DNA of 64,000 nucleotides from the human T2T-CHM13v2.0 reference genome, Homo sapiens, in the NCBI RefSeq assembly GCF_009914755.1, contig NC_060936.1. One strand, 5' to 3'. The notes under the pieces were generated by a model. It worked only from the letters and a program-made list of their open reading frames with translations. It was not told where the DNA came from and did not search any database. The first letter of the stretch is position 1. Every line of letters starts with the position of its first letter. Shown piece by piece: positions 47,945 through 61,379 of the stretch. Position numbers and translations under genes: made by a program.

Positions 47945-49230
47945 AAACTTTTTTGTGTTAGAACAATTTTAGACTTACAGAAAAGTTTCAAGGATAGTAC
48001 AGAGTCTCCATATACCTTGCATCCACTTTCTCCTATTGTTAACATCTTGGTAACAGTATGTTAACATACTGCTATGGTATATTTGTCAATAATTAATTAA
48101 CCAATATTTATACATAATTATAAACTAAATTCAACACTGTATTCAGATTTCATTAGGTTTTTTCCATAATGGCCTTTTTCTGATCCAGGATCTTGTCCAA
48201 GATATCACATTACAATTAATCATCATGTCTCCTCAGGTTCCTATGAACTGTAACAGTTTTTCAGGCATTCCTTGATTTTAATAACTTTGACAGTTTGTAA
48301 TGGTATTGGTCAGGTATTTTGTAGAATATCCTTCAATTTGAGTTTGCCTGATGTTTTTCTCATAGTTAGACTAGGGTTATGACTTTTTGAGAGGAAGCTC
48401 ATAATGGGTGAAGTGTCATTTTCAACATAACAGACCACGAGTACGTACCATCAACACAATTTATCACTTATGATATTAACCTTGACCATCAGTCTGAGGT
48501 AGTGTTTGTCAGGTTTCTCCACTGTATGGTTACTTTTTTATTTCTCCCCTGTTCTATAATGTGCTCTTTGGAAGGAAGTCACCAAGTGTAGCTGAGAGTT
48601 GAGGGGGAAGTCTTTCTATAAATTATTTAGAATTCTTCTTTAAGGGAGATGTGTCTCTTTCCCCACATTTACTTATTTTCAATCATTTGGTCATATCATT
48701 TGGGCCTATAGATATTTATTTTATCCTTATGTTGGCTCCTGTGTCCCTTTGGCATATTCCCATCATGTCATTTTTGAACACTTCCATAAATTTTGGAACT
48801 ATATTATGCTCCAGACTCATCTTGTATATTTCCTGTCTCATCCTTAAAAACAGTCATTTCTCCAGGGATCCCTGGCCTGATACCTTACATTGGAGAATGT
48901 TTTTAGACACCAAGATCTGAGTGCTAAGTGTGCTTGTTGCTACTGGGATGTCATTGCTATATATATTCACCTATTGAAGGACATCTTGGTTGCTTCCAGC
49001 TTTTAGCAATTATTAATAATCCACTATAAATATTTGTGTGCTGGTTTTTATGTAGGCATAAGTCATGGTAACTCTATGTTTACTTTTATGAAAATTGCTA
49101 AACTGTCTTCCAAAGTGGCTGTACCATTTTGCATTCCTGAATGAGAGTTCCTATTGTCCTGCATCCTCACCAGCACTTGGTATTGCCAGGTTTTTAGAAG
49201 ATTTTAGCCATTCTAATAGGTGTATAGTGG
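47945..49230 (-). mobile_element. L1MC-like 3' fragment plus adjoining L1M fragment
   Basis: TTTAGACTTACAGAAAAG...GATAGTACAGAG tail; GGACATCTTGGTTGCTTCCAG. Confidence 0.7.
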
Positions 49231-49429
49231 GTTTTGACTCAGTCTTTTCAAGCTTAGAGAGTACCTCTAAACATAGATTGTCGACATCACCAAATTATTG
49301 CCTGAACTTTATTTTTAAATCATACAAAAAAACAACAACCAAACATACGCATTTATGAGTGGTAGTCATTGAACAGACACTGCCCACATAAAGTTAATCT
49401 CAAGAATCCCGCTCCCCTACTCCCCAACT

Positions 49430-50520
49430 GCCATCTTCCCAACCCTCTCCCTCTCTCCAGCAATTCCTCCAGCTCACTGTGACTTTTGATCTATTGACCC
49501 TATCAATTTTTTTTGTCCCTCATATCCTGCATGTCTTTTCTTGCTTAACTCAAATTCCATGTTCCATCATTATAATTATTCTCTTTTATCCTTCCATGTC
49601 TTTTCTACTCTCTCCCTCCTTTTTATTCTCGTGGCCAAATTCCCAACTTGACTAAATTCTACTCTCCATCTAATTCCCACTTGCACCAAAACAGCTGAAA
49701 CTGGTTGGAGAAATCACAAATCATGCTAACTGATGTAACTTTAAGTGGGCCCTTGGTGCTAAATAACAATCACATTAATCTCTCTCATCAATTCATTTTT
49801 CTTCTTCTCTCATCTTCCTTTCCTCAAATTTCTAACACCTCTTTATCCTCATTCTCAGATGATAACATTGTTTATTTCATTGAAAAAAGATAAGCCATTA
49901 AAAAGGAAATTCCACCTTTCCACCACCAAATTTACAAATCAGCCAATATCCCTACCAACACACATCTATTTTCTATCCCATTGGGATGAATGAATTCTCT
50001 GTGCTTTTATCTAATGCTAAATCTTTATTTGTGCATTAAATTCCTTCCACTCACACTTTCTTTAAGGAAAGAAATTTAAGTTTTTCCCTGAAGTTTTTAC
50101 CTCTCATCCCTTTCATCAGTTTTTATCTGTATTTATCCATCTTATTTTTCATACCAGCCATGCTGTAAAATCTCTCATCTTAAAAACAAAAACAAAGCAA
50201 ACTTTAACTCTATACCCACATTTCCTCCAACAACTGCCCAATCTCTGTTGCCCCTTACAGCTAAGTTCCACTAAAGAGTGTTCTCTAGTCACTCCTTTTC
50301 CCCATTCTCTCTTAGACCTTCTCCAGTTCACCTTATCCCCTCTTACCATGTTCATTAACAACACTCCCTTTGATCAACCTGATGGTCACTTCTCAGTGCC
50401 TATTTACTTGACCTACCCATAGCATTTCACTGAGAGGTCTTACTTCATGAAAGACTTTCTTCACTTGGTTCTTGGACCCTTACTTTCTCTTGGTTTCCTC
50501 CTACTTCATGACTGCTCCTC
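49430..50520 (+). mobile_element. L2 remnant
   Basis: Pyrimidine-rich L2 ORF2 motifs (CTTGACCT...AGCATTT, CTTCACTTGG). Confidence 0.6.
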
Positions 50521-50752
50521 AATACCCTAGTCATCATTTAATAGTTAATTTGGTGCAGTAAATACTTAAGCCACTGTTTGGAAAAGATAAATAAATAATT
50601 TCTTTAAATGCCTGACCCTCACCAGGAAACTTGGGCTTAGAGATATCTTTGAGTCACAAAAATCAGAAATTATGTTTTCTTATTTTACTCCTAAGAAAAA
50701 AATCAGGTAATACAAAATGAAAATCAGATATGTTCCAATTTTTTTAAAAAAG

Positions 50753-50971
50753 TATTTTCTGCTGAAAAGTTAATACAAAATGCTACTTTTTGCCAGAGAT
50801 CTACCAAGTTTCACTGGGTTCACGAGCCTTCTACTGAACTAAAAACTCTCCAACGTATTTTTAAGAGGCTTGCTTTGAGAACCAAGAAACAATCTTATTC
50901 AGCTCAGCATTTCAACATATAGTAGTTCACACAAGGCAGATAAAGTTTATTCAGCAGTTTTTCCAGTTTTT
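50753..50971 (+). pseudogene. CNTRL-like pseudo-exon remnants
   Basis: AEKLIQNAT/ARDLPSFTGFTSLLLN ~ AERFSRKAAQAARDLTRAEAEIELLQN (1-nt frameshift at 50791); QIKFIQQFF ~ EIARLQNVL, ending at GTAAGA. Confidence 0.65.
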
Positions 50972-51222
50972 GTAAGAGACGCTGTCAGATAATTTGAGTA
51001 ATAAACACAGACAACACACAAGATTGAATTATTTTAATTGTATTGCTATTTAAACAATTTCCATATTATTCAAATATTTTTTAGCTGTTATAAATAACTG
51101 TTATAGATAATTTTTCACTACTATTTTGCTTATTATTTTGAAAACTTTTCAACCTAATGAAATAAAATGGTCAGCTCCTGGGAAAGGGGTGCAAATATCC
51201 ATAAAATAATTTTCTGTTACAG

Positions 51223-51334
51223 ATGACAAAGGAAATAAATGAATGAAAGTAAACTGACGTAAAGAAATTTAATTACAGTTGATGTCATCAGAATTAACTT
51301 ATGATGCCATGAAGACAATCAAATGTTATCAAGG
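51223..51334 (+). pseudogene. CNTRL-like pseudo-exon
   Basis: ttttctgttacAG acceptor; DKG...KEI*LQLMSSELTY ~ DNKGGFENVLEEIAELRREVSY. Confidence 0.65.
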
Positions 51335-51411
51335 GTCAAGGGAAACTTTTACACATTTATATGTAATAATGTGTATATGGTATGGTATGTCATGTATATA
51401 ACACATATGTA

Positions 51412-51413
<2 letters not shown>

Positions 51414-51446
<33 letters not shown>

Positions 51447-51447
51447 A
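51414..51447. repeat. (CA)n microsatellite
   Basis: Read directly from sequence. Confidence 0.95.
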
Positions 51448-52141
51448 TTGGACTAAATTATTTACAGACCCTAAGATGATAAGCCTATGGACCCCTCCAA
51501 TTCAATAGCTTATTTCATTAGAAAGTTACTTTTGCATCCTACAGAACTTTATCAAGTTTTTTCTTGTTTTTTTTTTGTTTGTTTGTTTAACTCAAGATCA
51601 GCCACACACATACATGAAACAAAAGTTTGTGAAAATAATTTCCCAAAAGTATTTTTGTTTTCTTGACCTCAACAACCAGCTTTAGTCTGTCAGATAGCTT
51701 AGAAAAGAGAATGAACACAGAGAGCAGGGAGGGCAGACCAAGTTTCCTACCACTCCATTACCAACTGCAAGATCATTCTAAGACATCATTTCTTCCTCTG
51801 TAAAATCTGCATGATAATGTCAGTTATATCTATCTTCCAGGAGCATGGTGAGAATCAAATGGAGTCATGTTGCTAAAAATTCTTTGTAAATTATAAAACT
51901 TCAAGTAAAGAATTACTGTTAAGACTAAGATATCAAACTTACAAAAAAAAATCCCAATTAGAGAGAAATGCATTTAGATAGAGAAGGGCACATTTTGAAT
52001 AGATTATTAGTCAAACAACCTTGTTATCAATTATTTTTTAATTAAAAAAAGAAAATCTAGTAGTTTGAGCTCTATGTCACTTCTCTGTATTTATAAAGAC
52101 AATTATGTTGTATTGTGTGACAAAATATTAGACATAGGAGC

Positions 52142-52588
52142 TTCAGAGACTCTGAAATCTCTAGATCTCTCCTCATAATGTAGGGAAGTGGTGTCTATTC
52201 AGCATACTATTCATTGAGTTCTTCAGGAGTGGGAACCATGTCTTCTATCCATAAGCATGCATCTATAGCATAACTTTCAAACTCTCAGTAGGAGCTCAGT
52301 AAATATGCTTAATTTCCAGAGAGAATGAAGTAGAAGGAAAGAGGCATGAGCTGTCAGGAGTTTCAAGATCAAGACTCAGTTTTGTCAGTTGTTAAGAGTA
52401 TATGACCTTGATAAGTCACTACACCTCCCTGGGTGCTCAGTTAAATGAATATCTGTTACATGAAGGAATTTAAATACAGTCCCTCCAAACCTTCCACTTC
52501 AATTTTCTATAAACTTAATTCTCATTTATTTTAGCTCCCCATTTATCCTTTCTTAATGTTACACTTGCCAGAGAATGCACCAGCCTTG
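52142..52588 (+). pseudogene. CNTRL-like remnants of the Pro-rich middle region (52142-52205; 52535-52588)
   Basis: RDSEI ~ KDSGV; GKW/VYSA ~ GYWVYSP; PFI...LHLPE ~ PFIPMGVLHCNVPE. Confidence 0.5.
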
Positions 52589-54214
52589 CATGATATTGCC
52601 TGTGACATTTAATCCAACAAAGTTTCTAATCGTGATATGGGAACAGTTTTATCTGGAAATATAACTGTATGCTTATTGTCTTCCTTGTGCTTCAGAAATA
52701 TGCAATCTGTTATTTAAGAAATGTGATTTACTGTAGCTTTTTCAAAGAGGCAGCATTCAGGAAAAATTAAATTATTAGCACTTACGACTTAATTAAGGAA
52801 ATTTTGCCATGTAAGTCAATAGTGTTTAAACTTTACCCTATTATTAGACTTATATGGTAGTCTGTTGCTTGGAATGATTTCTCCATTTACAGAAATACTG
52901 TTTGGCTTTGAAATCAGACCAAGGATCTGAATTGTGCCATATGCCAGACTGTTGATTCCAAGGTAGCCATTTTTAATCACAGTGGTTTTCACCATTCTCT
53001 GTTATTAGGGGAGAGAAACATTTTTAAACAAATGATGACATATACAGAAATGTACAATGAAACATAATTTGGAGAACTGCCAATACTTTGAAACACTTAT
53101 TTTTAAGATCTCTTGGTACATATTTTTCTTCAGAAAAATGAACTATTACGTCACAAATACTGAATATTTAAACTTACATCACTGAATGTGTATTGCACAT
53201 AAAGCACTCCCTTCTTTCAATAGAATCTACAAAACGAACATTAACTTTAGAAAATAAAGGTCAATGTTATATTTATTTTTTTAAATTTAGATTTTGATCA
53301 ACTAAGCTCCAAGTCCATAAGTTGTCCTAGGTTGTTTACTTAGAATCCTCTGGGGGAAATTTTTTTTTAATTGATTAATCACTGGCCTCCAACTTACATT
53401 TTTCATGATGTTCTTTGGAAAATAAAAAATAAAGTTAATCTGATGAAGTAGACCTCATCATCTTACCATACTTTCCACTTTTTCCTCATTTTCTTCTTTC
53501 ATTTTATATGGAAAAATAAGAGACAAGGAGCTTTGTTTTAGACATGTTTTCAACACTTTCATTTAGCAAGGAGGGATATGGTATAATGACATTGTGGACA
53601 ACCTCCTCCTGAAGCTCTCTATATTGTCCATATATGCAAACACACAATCACAGACTGACATCGGCATCTCTCTCTCCCACTGCCAATATTCTTCTGATTT
53701 CAATTCTTGCCTCTAAAATTCAGAATCTCTTTCAAGTGTTAGATATTTAATCAGATTATCCTGAGATAATTCGCTGAGAGAAAAAGAAAAGAAAATAAAC
53801 TAAAAAGGGACATAAAAGAGTTCTGGTTATCATGAAAATCCAGGCCCTGGGGAGGCTTCTGTACCTTCCCTTAATTTCTATCCAGAAGCAACTAGCCATA
53901 TTATCTATATGTAAGATTAGGAGAGTATCTTCGTATTTGGCTTCACATTCTCTTGTTCGATCTTTTCATCTTTTTTATTAAAATGATTCTTCTTCTTGCC
54001 TGTCTTTCTCACTGATGACAGATGTGAGGTCAATGTGGAGAAAGAAGAAATGCTTTGAGCAGTAACCTCAGAAGCATTATTGTCTGTGATGTAGTCCCTG
54101 AAAACTCATTTCTGATTTGTAAAATGGGGCCTCTTTGAATATATTTATCAATCTATATAGTAAGTATGTATCATTCTTATCATGGGAGTCATTTCTGTTG
54201 TTCTGAGGAAATCC

Positions 54215-54506
54215 TTTTCTTGAGACGGGGTCTCACTCTGTCACCCAAGCTGGAGTGTAGCGGTGCAATCATAGCTTACTACAGCCTCAACCTCCTGGGT
54301 TCAAGCAATCCTCCTGCCTCAGCCTCCTGAGTAGCTGGGACTACAGGCATGTGCTGCGACACATAGCTAAATTTTTAAAAACAGTTTGTAGAGATAAGAT
54401 CTCACTATGTTGCCCAGGCTGGTCCTGAACTCCTGGGCCCAAGTGATCCTACTGTCTTTGTCTCCTAAAGCATTGGGATTACAGGTATGAGCCTCCATGC
54501 CGGGCC
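54215..54506 (-). mobile_element. AluJ
   Basis: J diagnostics (ATCATAGCT, CAGCCTCAACCTCC). Confidence 0.9.
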
Positions 54507-54507
54507 T

Positions 54508-54996
54508 AAAAGTCTTCCCTAATAATTTACTGATCCATGACATTAGATCAAAGGAAAACATATGGATAAATAAAAGAGAAATAAATAAACAAAAACACTG
54601 ATGTTGTGCCTTTGCTAGCTATATCTTGACCTGTTTTCTTGGGTCAAGCCATATCTTTTTCCTCTACTACACATCATTCAATGAAGGGTTCAGGTCTGTT
54701 CACCACAGAACCTCAGTAGTCCCTTCTTTCTCTGACTTAACAGCTATACAACTTTCCATTCAAATCCCTACTCCTTAAGACTGGTGTCCTCATTCCTCCC
54801 AAAATGCCAATGTATTCATGAGAAGAAATTTTATATCAGCACTCTAGTAAAACAGAGAAATATGTTCTCCTTTCAGGTAACCATAGTGTATTTTGTTATC
54901 ACCTTCCTGGAGATAATGTCTCACCTGTGTTGCTTAATCCAGAGGAGTGTCAGGGATAAGGAAAATTTCATGTTCCTGTACAGTAATGTTGAAAAA
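54508..54996 (+). pseudogene. CNTRL-like remnants (54508-54540; 54877-54996)
   Basis: KSLP**FTDP ~ KNAVEKFTDA; after ttctcctttcAG, IQRSVRDKENFMFLYSNVEK ~ INKIVAAKDSDFQCLSKKKEK. Confidence 0.55.
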
Positions 54997-55178
54997 AGCA
55001 GAATTTTGTTATGATGTTTATTACATCATATTTATTTTGTGAGCCTAGGTCTCCAATAATGTTAATAAAGTCATATAGAAATTCAGAACATTTCAACTAT
55101 TGTGCTGTTAGTCTGCTTACCAATAGAATCACCATCATCCCAGAAAATGGAGCCAGATGCTTCTTCCTGTTTGTCTAG

Positions 55179-55248
55179 AGCAATTCTGAGGCCAAAAGGA
55201 TTCAGACAGCTATAGAGGAAGAGTGAAAATTGATATTAATTTTCTTTC
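55179..55248 (+). pseudogene. CNTRL-like pseudo-exon
   Basis: ttcttcctgtttgtctAG ... GTAAGT; SEAKRIQTAIEEE* ~ EELQKLQKDIEMAE; its phase-1 end matches the phase-1 start at 55871. Confidence 0.55.
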
Positions 55249-55870
55249 GTAAGTGTGTATTTTCAGGGTTAGAAAAGTCTATCTCCAGTCATCTTATAGA
55301 ACTATGCAGAAAATTGTTGAGTTCTTTCTGAAACATCTTTACCAAATCTTCACTTATTATATTTACCAAATGTTCAAGTTTATCTTTGAATACCTCCAAT
55401 GATAAGAAACTTAAAATATCCCTAGGCAACCTATTCTACCTCTGAATAGCTCAATCTGAAAAAAAAAAAAAGTTATAGCAATAGTACAGACCTCTCATCA
55501 AATGCAACTATCAAAGAGCCTTCCACTGGAAAAAGAGGAAATGTTTTTATTTATAACAAAATGATATAATTATTCTACCATGCTGATTGAAGGCATATCC
55601 CTCCCTTTCTTTGGCTCATCTACAACAAAAAGAAAGTTGTAACAAAGTTGTCACAAAGTTGTTGGATTAGAGATCCTGGGAGCTGATTTTAAGGTATGAG
55701 CAATGGAATTCCAGGGAAAATGAGGCTTGAATAATAACTTAGTGAGTCTGCACAGCTGGGAGTCTTATTAACATCTCAGGAGCAAAAATGCCAGAATCCA
55801 TAAGCCCCATTTTTGTTTTTCCACAATGAAGACAAGACTCAAGGATTTGATTTTAACCACTTGGCAACAG

Positions 55871-55967
55871 AAAGGTGCATAACAAGAAAAGAACTACACA
55901 ATGCAAGCAATAAAACCAACTTACTTTTGGAGAACTTGAGTTACAGTGAAAATTCCTTAAGAAAAAT
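55871..55967 (+). pseudogene. Candidate CNTRL-like pseudo-exon abutting AluY
   Basis: caacAG acceptor; open coiled-coil-like [22 protein letters not shown]; weak similarity only. Confidence 0.4.
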
Positions 55968-55972
55968 GTTTT

Positions 55973-56389
<417 letters not shown>

Positions 56390-56460
56390 TTATTATGCAA
56401 GTTAGTCTTTAAAAGCTATGGATCTACTTCTAGTACCTGGTTCTGGGCTCCTCTGAGCAC

Positions 56461-56662
56461 TTTTTTTTTAAAGACAGGGTCTCGCTCTGTCACCCAGGCT
56501 GGAGTGCAGTGGCGCGATCATAGAATCCCAAGCTCAAGCGATCCTCCCACATCAGCCTCCCAAGTACCCCAAGTAGCTGGGACTACAGGAGAGCACCACC
56601 ATGCCCAGCTAATTTTTTGTATTTTTTGTAGGGATGGGGTTTTGCCATGTTGCCCAGGCTGG
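56461..56662 (-). mobile_element. Partial AluJ
   Basis: Truncated and internally deleted. Confidence 0.8.
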
Positions 56663-57330
56663 ACAGTGTGCACTCAATATTTTTAAATGTCTGGTCAAAA
56701 CTCTCTAACGATGTATAATTTTAACTGATTTTTATTTTTAATTAATGTTGATTAAAAGTTCTGAGTTGCTATTATGTATCGTTGATGTAAAATAGAAATA
56801 TGAGCAAATTATTGTTTTTTAAAAAAATCTGTTTATTTGCTTGACAAAGTCTTTGATTATGTGATATCTATGGAACAAAAATGATTAATCAAATATAACC
56901 TAGGTGGGAAAAAAAGCTCTGGGACCTGATCTAGTTTATACATAAAATCTTGGAGAGACTTTGTGTATCTGAAGTCACTAGCAACTTAAAAATGATGATA
57001 GGCATATATTTAGAGAAGGATAGCTTAGAACTGAATCAAATGCTCAAGCAGAAAATTATCTACTGACTTCTCTCACTCCTTTTTTTCTTCTCTTCCTCTT
57101 TGCTCTCTCTCTCACATAAACACACATGTGCACAGACACAGGTATAAATTCACACATACACAATTAATTGTACTACTGATTGTGCCAATCTCTTGTTGCT
57201 GGCCCCCTACTCACAACACCCCCTCCTTGGACACTCTGCAAATAGGAGGGTTGATCATACTCCCTGTGAAGTCTCCAGACAGGATGTGCCTATTACCTGA
57301 GCGTTGTTGTTCTGACTCGAAACTGTTTAG

Positions 57331-57718
<388 letters not shown>

Positions 57719-58085
57719 GTAGTATTTGACTGCCCCTAGCATAGAACAAGCCAGAGTTAACTGTTCCAATTATATAACTGGTAAGAAGTCATACATTTCA
57801 AGAGACATGGGAAGTTGAAATCCAAACTTCTACTTAAATTCCACAAATCATCCACAGAACTCACTAACAGGAAGGGTGGTTTGAAATGTCTAATCATTGC
57901 TTAAAAAAAAAAAAACATACAAACTCCAATATGTAAAACACATTACAGTAGCATTTATTAAAATAGTATATACTTTTTCAAAAATTTAACTTTATAACCA
58001 CACCTACATACTAAAAAGTGTTAAAATTTAATATAATAATATTTATAATTAGTCATAATTAATTGGTAATTTAAAAATAGGTCAT

Positions 58086-58391
58086 GGCTGGGTGCAGTGG
58101 CTCACACCTGTAATCCCAGCACTTTGGGAGGCCGAGGGGGGTGGATCACCTGTGGTCAGGAGTTTGAGACCAGCCTGGCCAACATGGTAAAACCCCATCT
58201 CTACTAAAAATACAAAAATTAGCCAGGCATGGTGGCTCACGCCTGTAGACCCAATGACTCTGGAGGTTGAGACACGAGAATCACTTGAACCCAGGAGGCG
58301 GAGGTTTCAGTGAGCCGAAATCAAGGCACTGCACTCCAGCATGGGTAACAGAATGAGACTTGGTCTCTCAAAAGAAAAAAAAAAAAAAAAA
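58086..58391 (+). mobile_element. AluSx-like
   Basis: Full dimer; TSD ending AGGTCA. Confidence 0.92.
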
Positions 58392-58438
58392 GGTCACATA
58401 TCTTTGCTTCCAATTTGAGATTAGTCCTATATTTATAG

Positions 58439-58550
58439 TCAAAACTCATTCCCATAAAAATTTGTTGAAAAATTTCTGGGGAAGATTAGTCAATGTTCAT
58501 CAAACCACACTAAAAGAATGGGAGAAATGAACTCATTAGTTCAAATGAAA
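58439..58550 (+). pseudogene. CNTRL-like pseudo-exon remnant
   Basis: atttatAG acceptor; KNLLKNF ~ KSLLEEL. Confidence 0.4.
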
Positions 58551-58778
58551 GTTCTATGTTAGAGATGACACATTACTTGTCTCTCACAGTCCATACCTTC
58601 CTTGATCATCACAGCTGTAACTCCCACTGCCTAAGAGACTAGGTATATCTTGGATGAAAAGATGAGTTGGATGGATAATATTATATTTTGGGAGTAATTT
58701 GAACTACAAAATATGGAGAGAGCCTGCCACTTATCACAGAAGCACAAAAGCTGTATAAATATAAAAGTCTCCTGTTAG

Positions 58779-59542
58779 TGTAACTGATAGAGGGTCCCGA
58801 CTGTGAGTTGTCCAAGTTCTTGGTGTTTTGAACAAAAAATTGGACAAAACACTCAGCAAAGCACAGAAAGAATGAAGCAACAAAAGAACGAAAGCAGGGA
58901 TTTATTGAAAACGAAAGTACACTCCACAGTGTGGGAGCGGACCCGAGCAGTGGCTCAAGGGCCCGGATACAGAATCTTCTTGGGTTCAAATGCTCCATAG
59001 AAGTTCTGTTACCCTAGAAGTTTCCTATTGGCCACCTTCCTACTTCTGTTACCCTAGAAGTTTCCTATTGGCCACTTCATGCTCACCTCATGTAAATGAA
59101 GTAGTAGTCTGCAATCAGTCTGATTGGTTGCAGAAAGCAGAAAATCAGAGGCTGAAGTGAAGTTACAAAGGTCACACTCCTGTGCAAATATCTGATTAGT
59201 TGTAAAAAGCAACCAATCAGAGGCTAGGGGGAAGTTACAAAGTTATACTTCTATGCAAACGAAGACTGGCCCACAGTCAGTCTGACTGGTTGTGGACAGC
59301 AACCATTCAGAGGCTGGAGTGAAGTTACAAAGTTGCAAACGAAGACTGGACCTGCAATCAGTCTGATTTGTCGCTGACAGCCAATTTTTCATGTGCTGCA
59401 GAAAAGGTCAAAGGGAGTAGTAGCCTCTGGTCCTTTTGTTACTTAGGCATGGAAAGTTAGGGTTTTCCTTTCAATTTAGTTCTAGGAAGTCAGCATGAAC
59501 AGCTTTAGGTTCCCTGCCTCCAGACCGTATTCACCTGCCTCA
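58779..59542 (-). mobile_element. MER51-type ERV1 solo LTR
   Basis: Repeated CCAATCAG/GAAGTTACAAAG units; ends CCTGCCTCA. Confidence 0.8.
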
Positions 59543-59907
59543 CTAAGGCTGAAGAGGTCATGACAAGCTGAGGCCCCTTTGCAAACCAGTTATTAGTAAA
59601 ACAAAACAGTTCAATGGAATGCTGAGCCCTGGGAATGGCACAACACCAGGCTGAAATTTCACCAACTCTTGCAATTGACCCTGGAATTCTCCATAAAATC
59701 CAGCACTGTCATAGTTGCTGTTCTTGAATTTCCATGAGATTTCTTTGGTCAGTTCACCTATATCCCTACTATAAACCTCATACTCAAGCTAGTTGGAATG
59801 GATTTCTGTTTTTTTGCAAGATAAAGTACCTGTCTTATGGATTATATGTAATCTCTATTACACTCTACTATAAAGAAACCTCACTGCAGGGATTCATTTG
59901 TTCTTAA

Positions 59908-60229
59908 TAATTTATTTATTTATTTTAGAATTGGGATCTCACTCTGGACTCCAGTCCAGGCCAGAGTTTGGTGGCATGATAATAGCTCACTAGCAGCCTC
60001 AAACACCCAAGCCTCCTGAGTAGCTAGGACTAAAGGTGCATGCCACCATGCCTGTCTAATGTTTGGGTTTTTGTGTTGTTCAGTTTGGTTTGGTTTGGTT
60101 TTTTAAATTTTCTAGACTCAGTATCTCACTATGTTGCTTAGGCTGGTCATGAACTCCTGGCATCAAGCAATCCTCCTCCCTTGACCTCAGAGTCATTGGG
60201 ATTACAGGTATGAGCCACTGTGCCTGGCC
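59908..60229 (-). mobile_element. AluJ (diverged)
   Basis: Dimer with J features. Confidence 0.85.
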
Positions 60230-60259
60230 CCATTTGCTCTTAAGAATTTAAATGTTTGC

Positions 60260-60551
<292 letters not shown>

Positions 60552-60661
60552 TTAAATGTTTGCATGAAATAAGCAAGTCCAGTCTGCTTCTAAAAAAAAA
60601 ATTACCGCATCTTTTATCTTAAATATTTGCTGATCTACATATGGCCAATTCCACTATTTTG

Positions 60662-60736
60662 AGAAGAGTAAGCAATTCTAAACATAAGGCTTCACAAAGA
60701 GCCAAGTCATCAGAATTACACAGCCCAAGGCTCTAG
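60662..60736 (+). pseudogene. CNTRL-like pseudo-exon remnant
   Basis: SKHK...SELHSPRL* ~ SKHK...HELQGLKLQ. Confidence 0.55.
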
Positions 60737-61258
60737 AGGTCATATAAAAACAATAAAAAATCTCCAATTTAATGAATTTATTTTTTTCTATAAAATATCT
60801 ATAAAGCATATACTGAGTCAAACCAAGTTGCTTCAGGAAAATACACATACACAGATCTTTCCCCTTTGGAAAAAAGGAAATATTTGACTTTTAAAATTAT
60901 TCTGTTGAATTAAAATATTCCAGTTAAAATGAATTAGGCTGTACACATATTTAATCTTATATTAGTTGGCATTCAAACCAAGTCCTAGTGAATTCATACA
61001 AGATTATGCAGTAGGGCTGGAGAATCTACATGAAATATTTATGTTCTATCAGAAAATATATTTCATGTCTATATTACGGAATTTTAACATATAATATTCA
61101 TAATGTTTTCTAAAAAACTAAATTTGCTATATTTCAAAATATTAATGTCTCATAATGTAGATATAGATTATTACATACCATGCAATTATTTTTTGGCATT
61201 TTAATTCAATGACAATTATCATACAGTTATGGAAAAATATAAAATATGAAATGCTTAT

Positions 61259-61375
61259 TGATATAGTTTGAATGTTTGTCCCCTCCAAATCTCATGCTGA
61301 AATGTGATCCCCAGTATTGGAGGTGGGGTTTAATAGGAGATGTTTGGGTTGTGGGGGCAGATCCCTCAGGAATGG
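61259..61375 (+). mobile_element. MST-type MaLR LTR 5' fragment
   Basis: TGATATAGTTTGAATGTTTGTCCCCTCCAAATCTCATG start. Confidence 0.75.
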
Positions 61376-61379
61376 AGAG

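Noticed and set aside
52697-54130. Further acceptor-led segments (about 52697, 53770, 54022) as fossil exons
   Set aside because: Position is compatible but peptide similarity is too weak by eye, and 54090-54130 resembles MIR; left uncalled pending alignment.
56935-57066. Open 43-codon stretch FIHKILERL...LKQKIIY
   Set aside because: No clear donor site or CNTRL match; could be chance.
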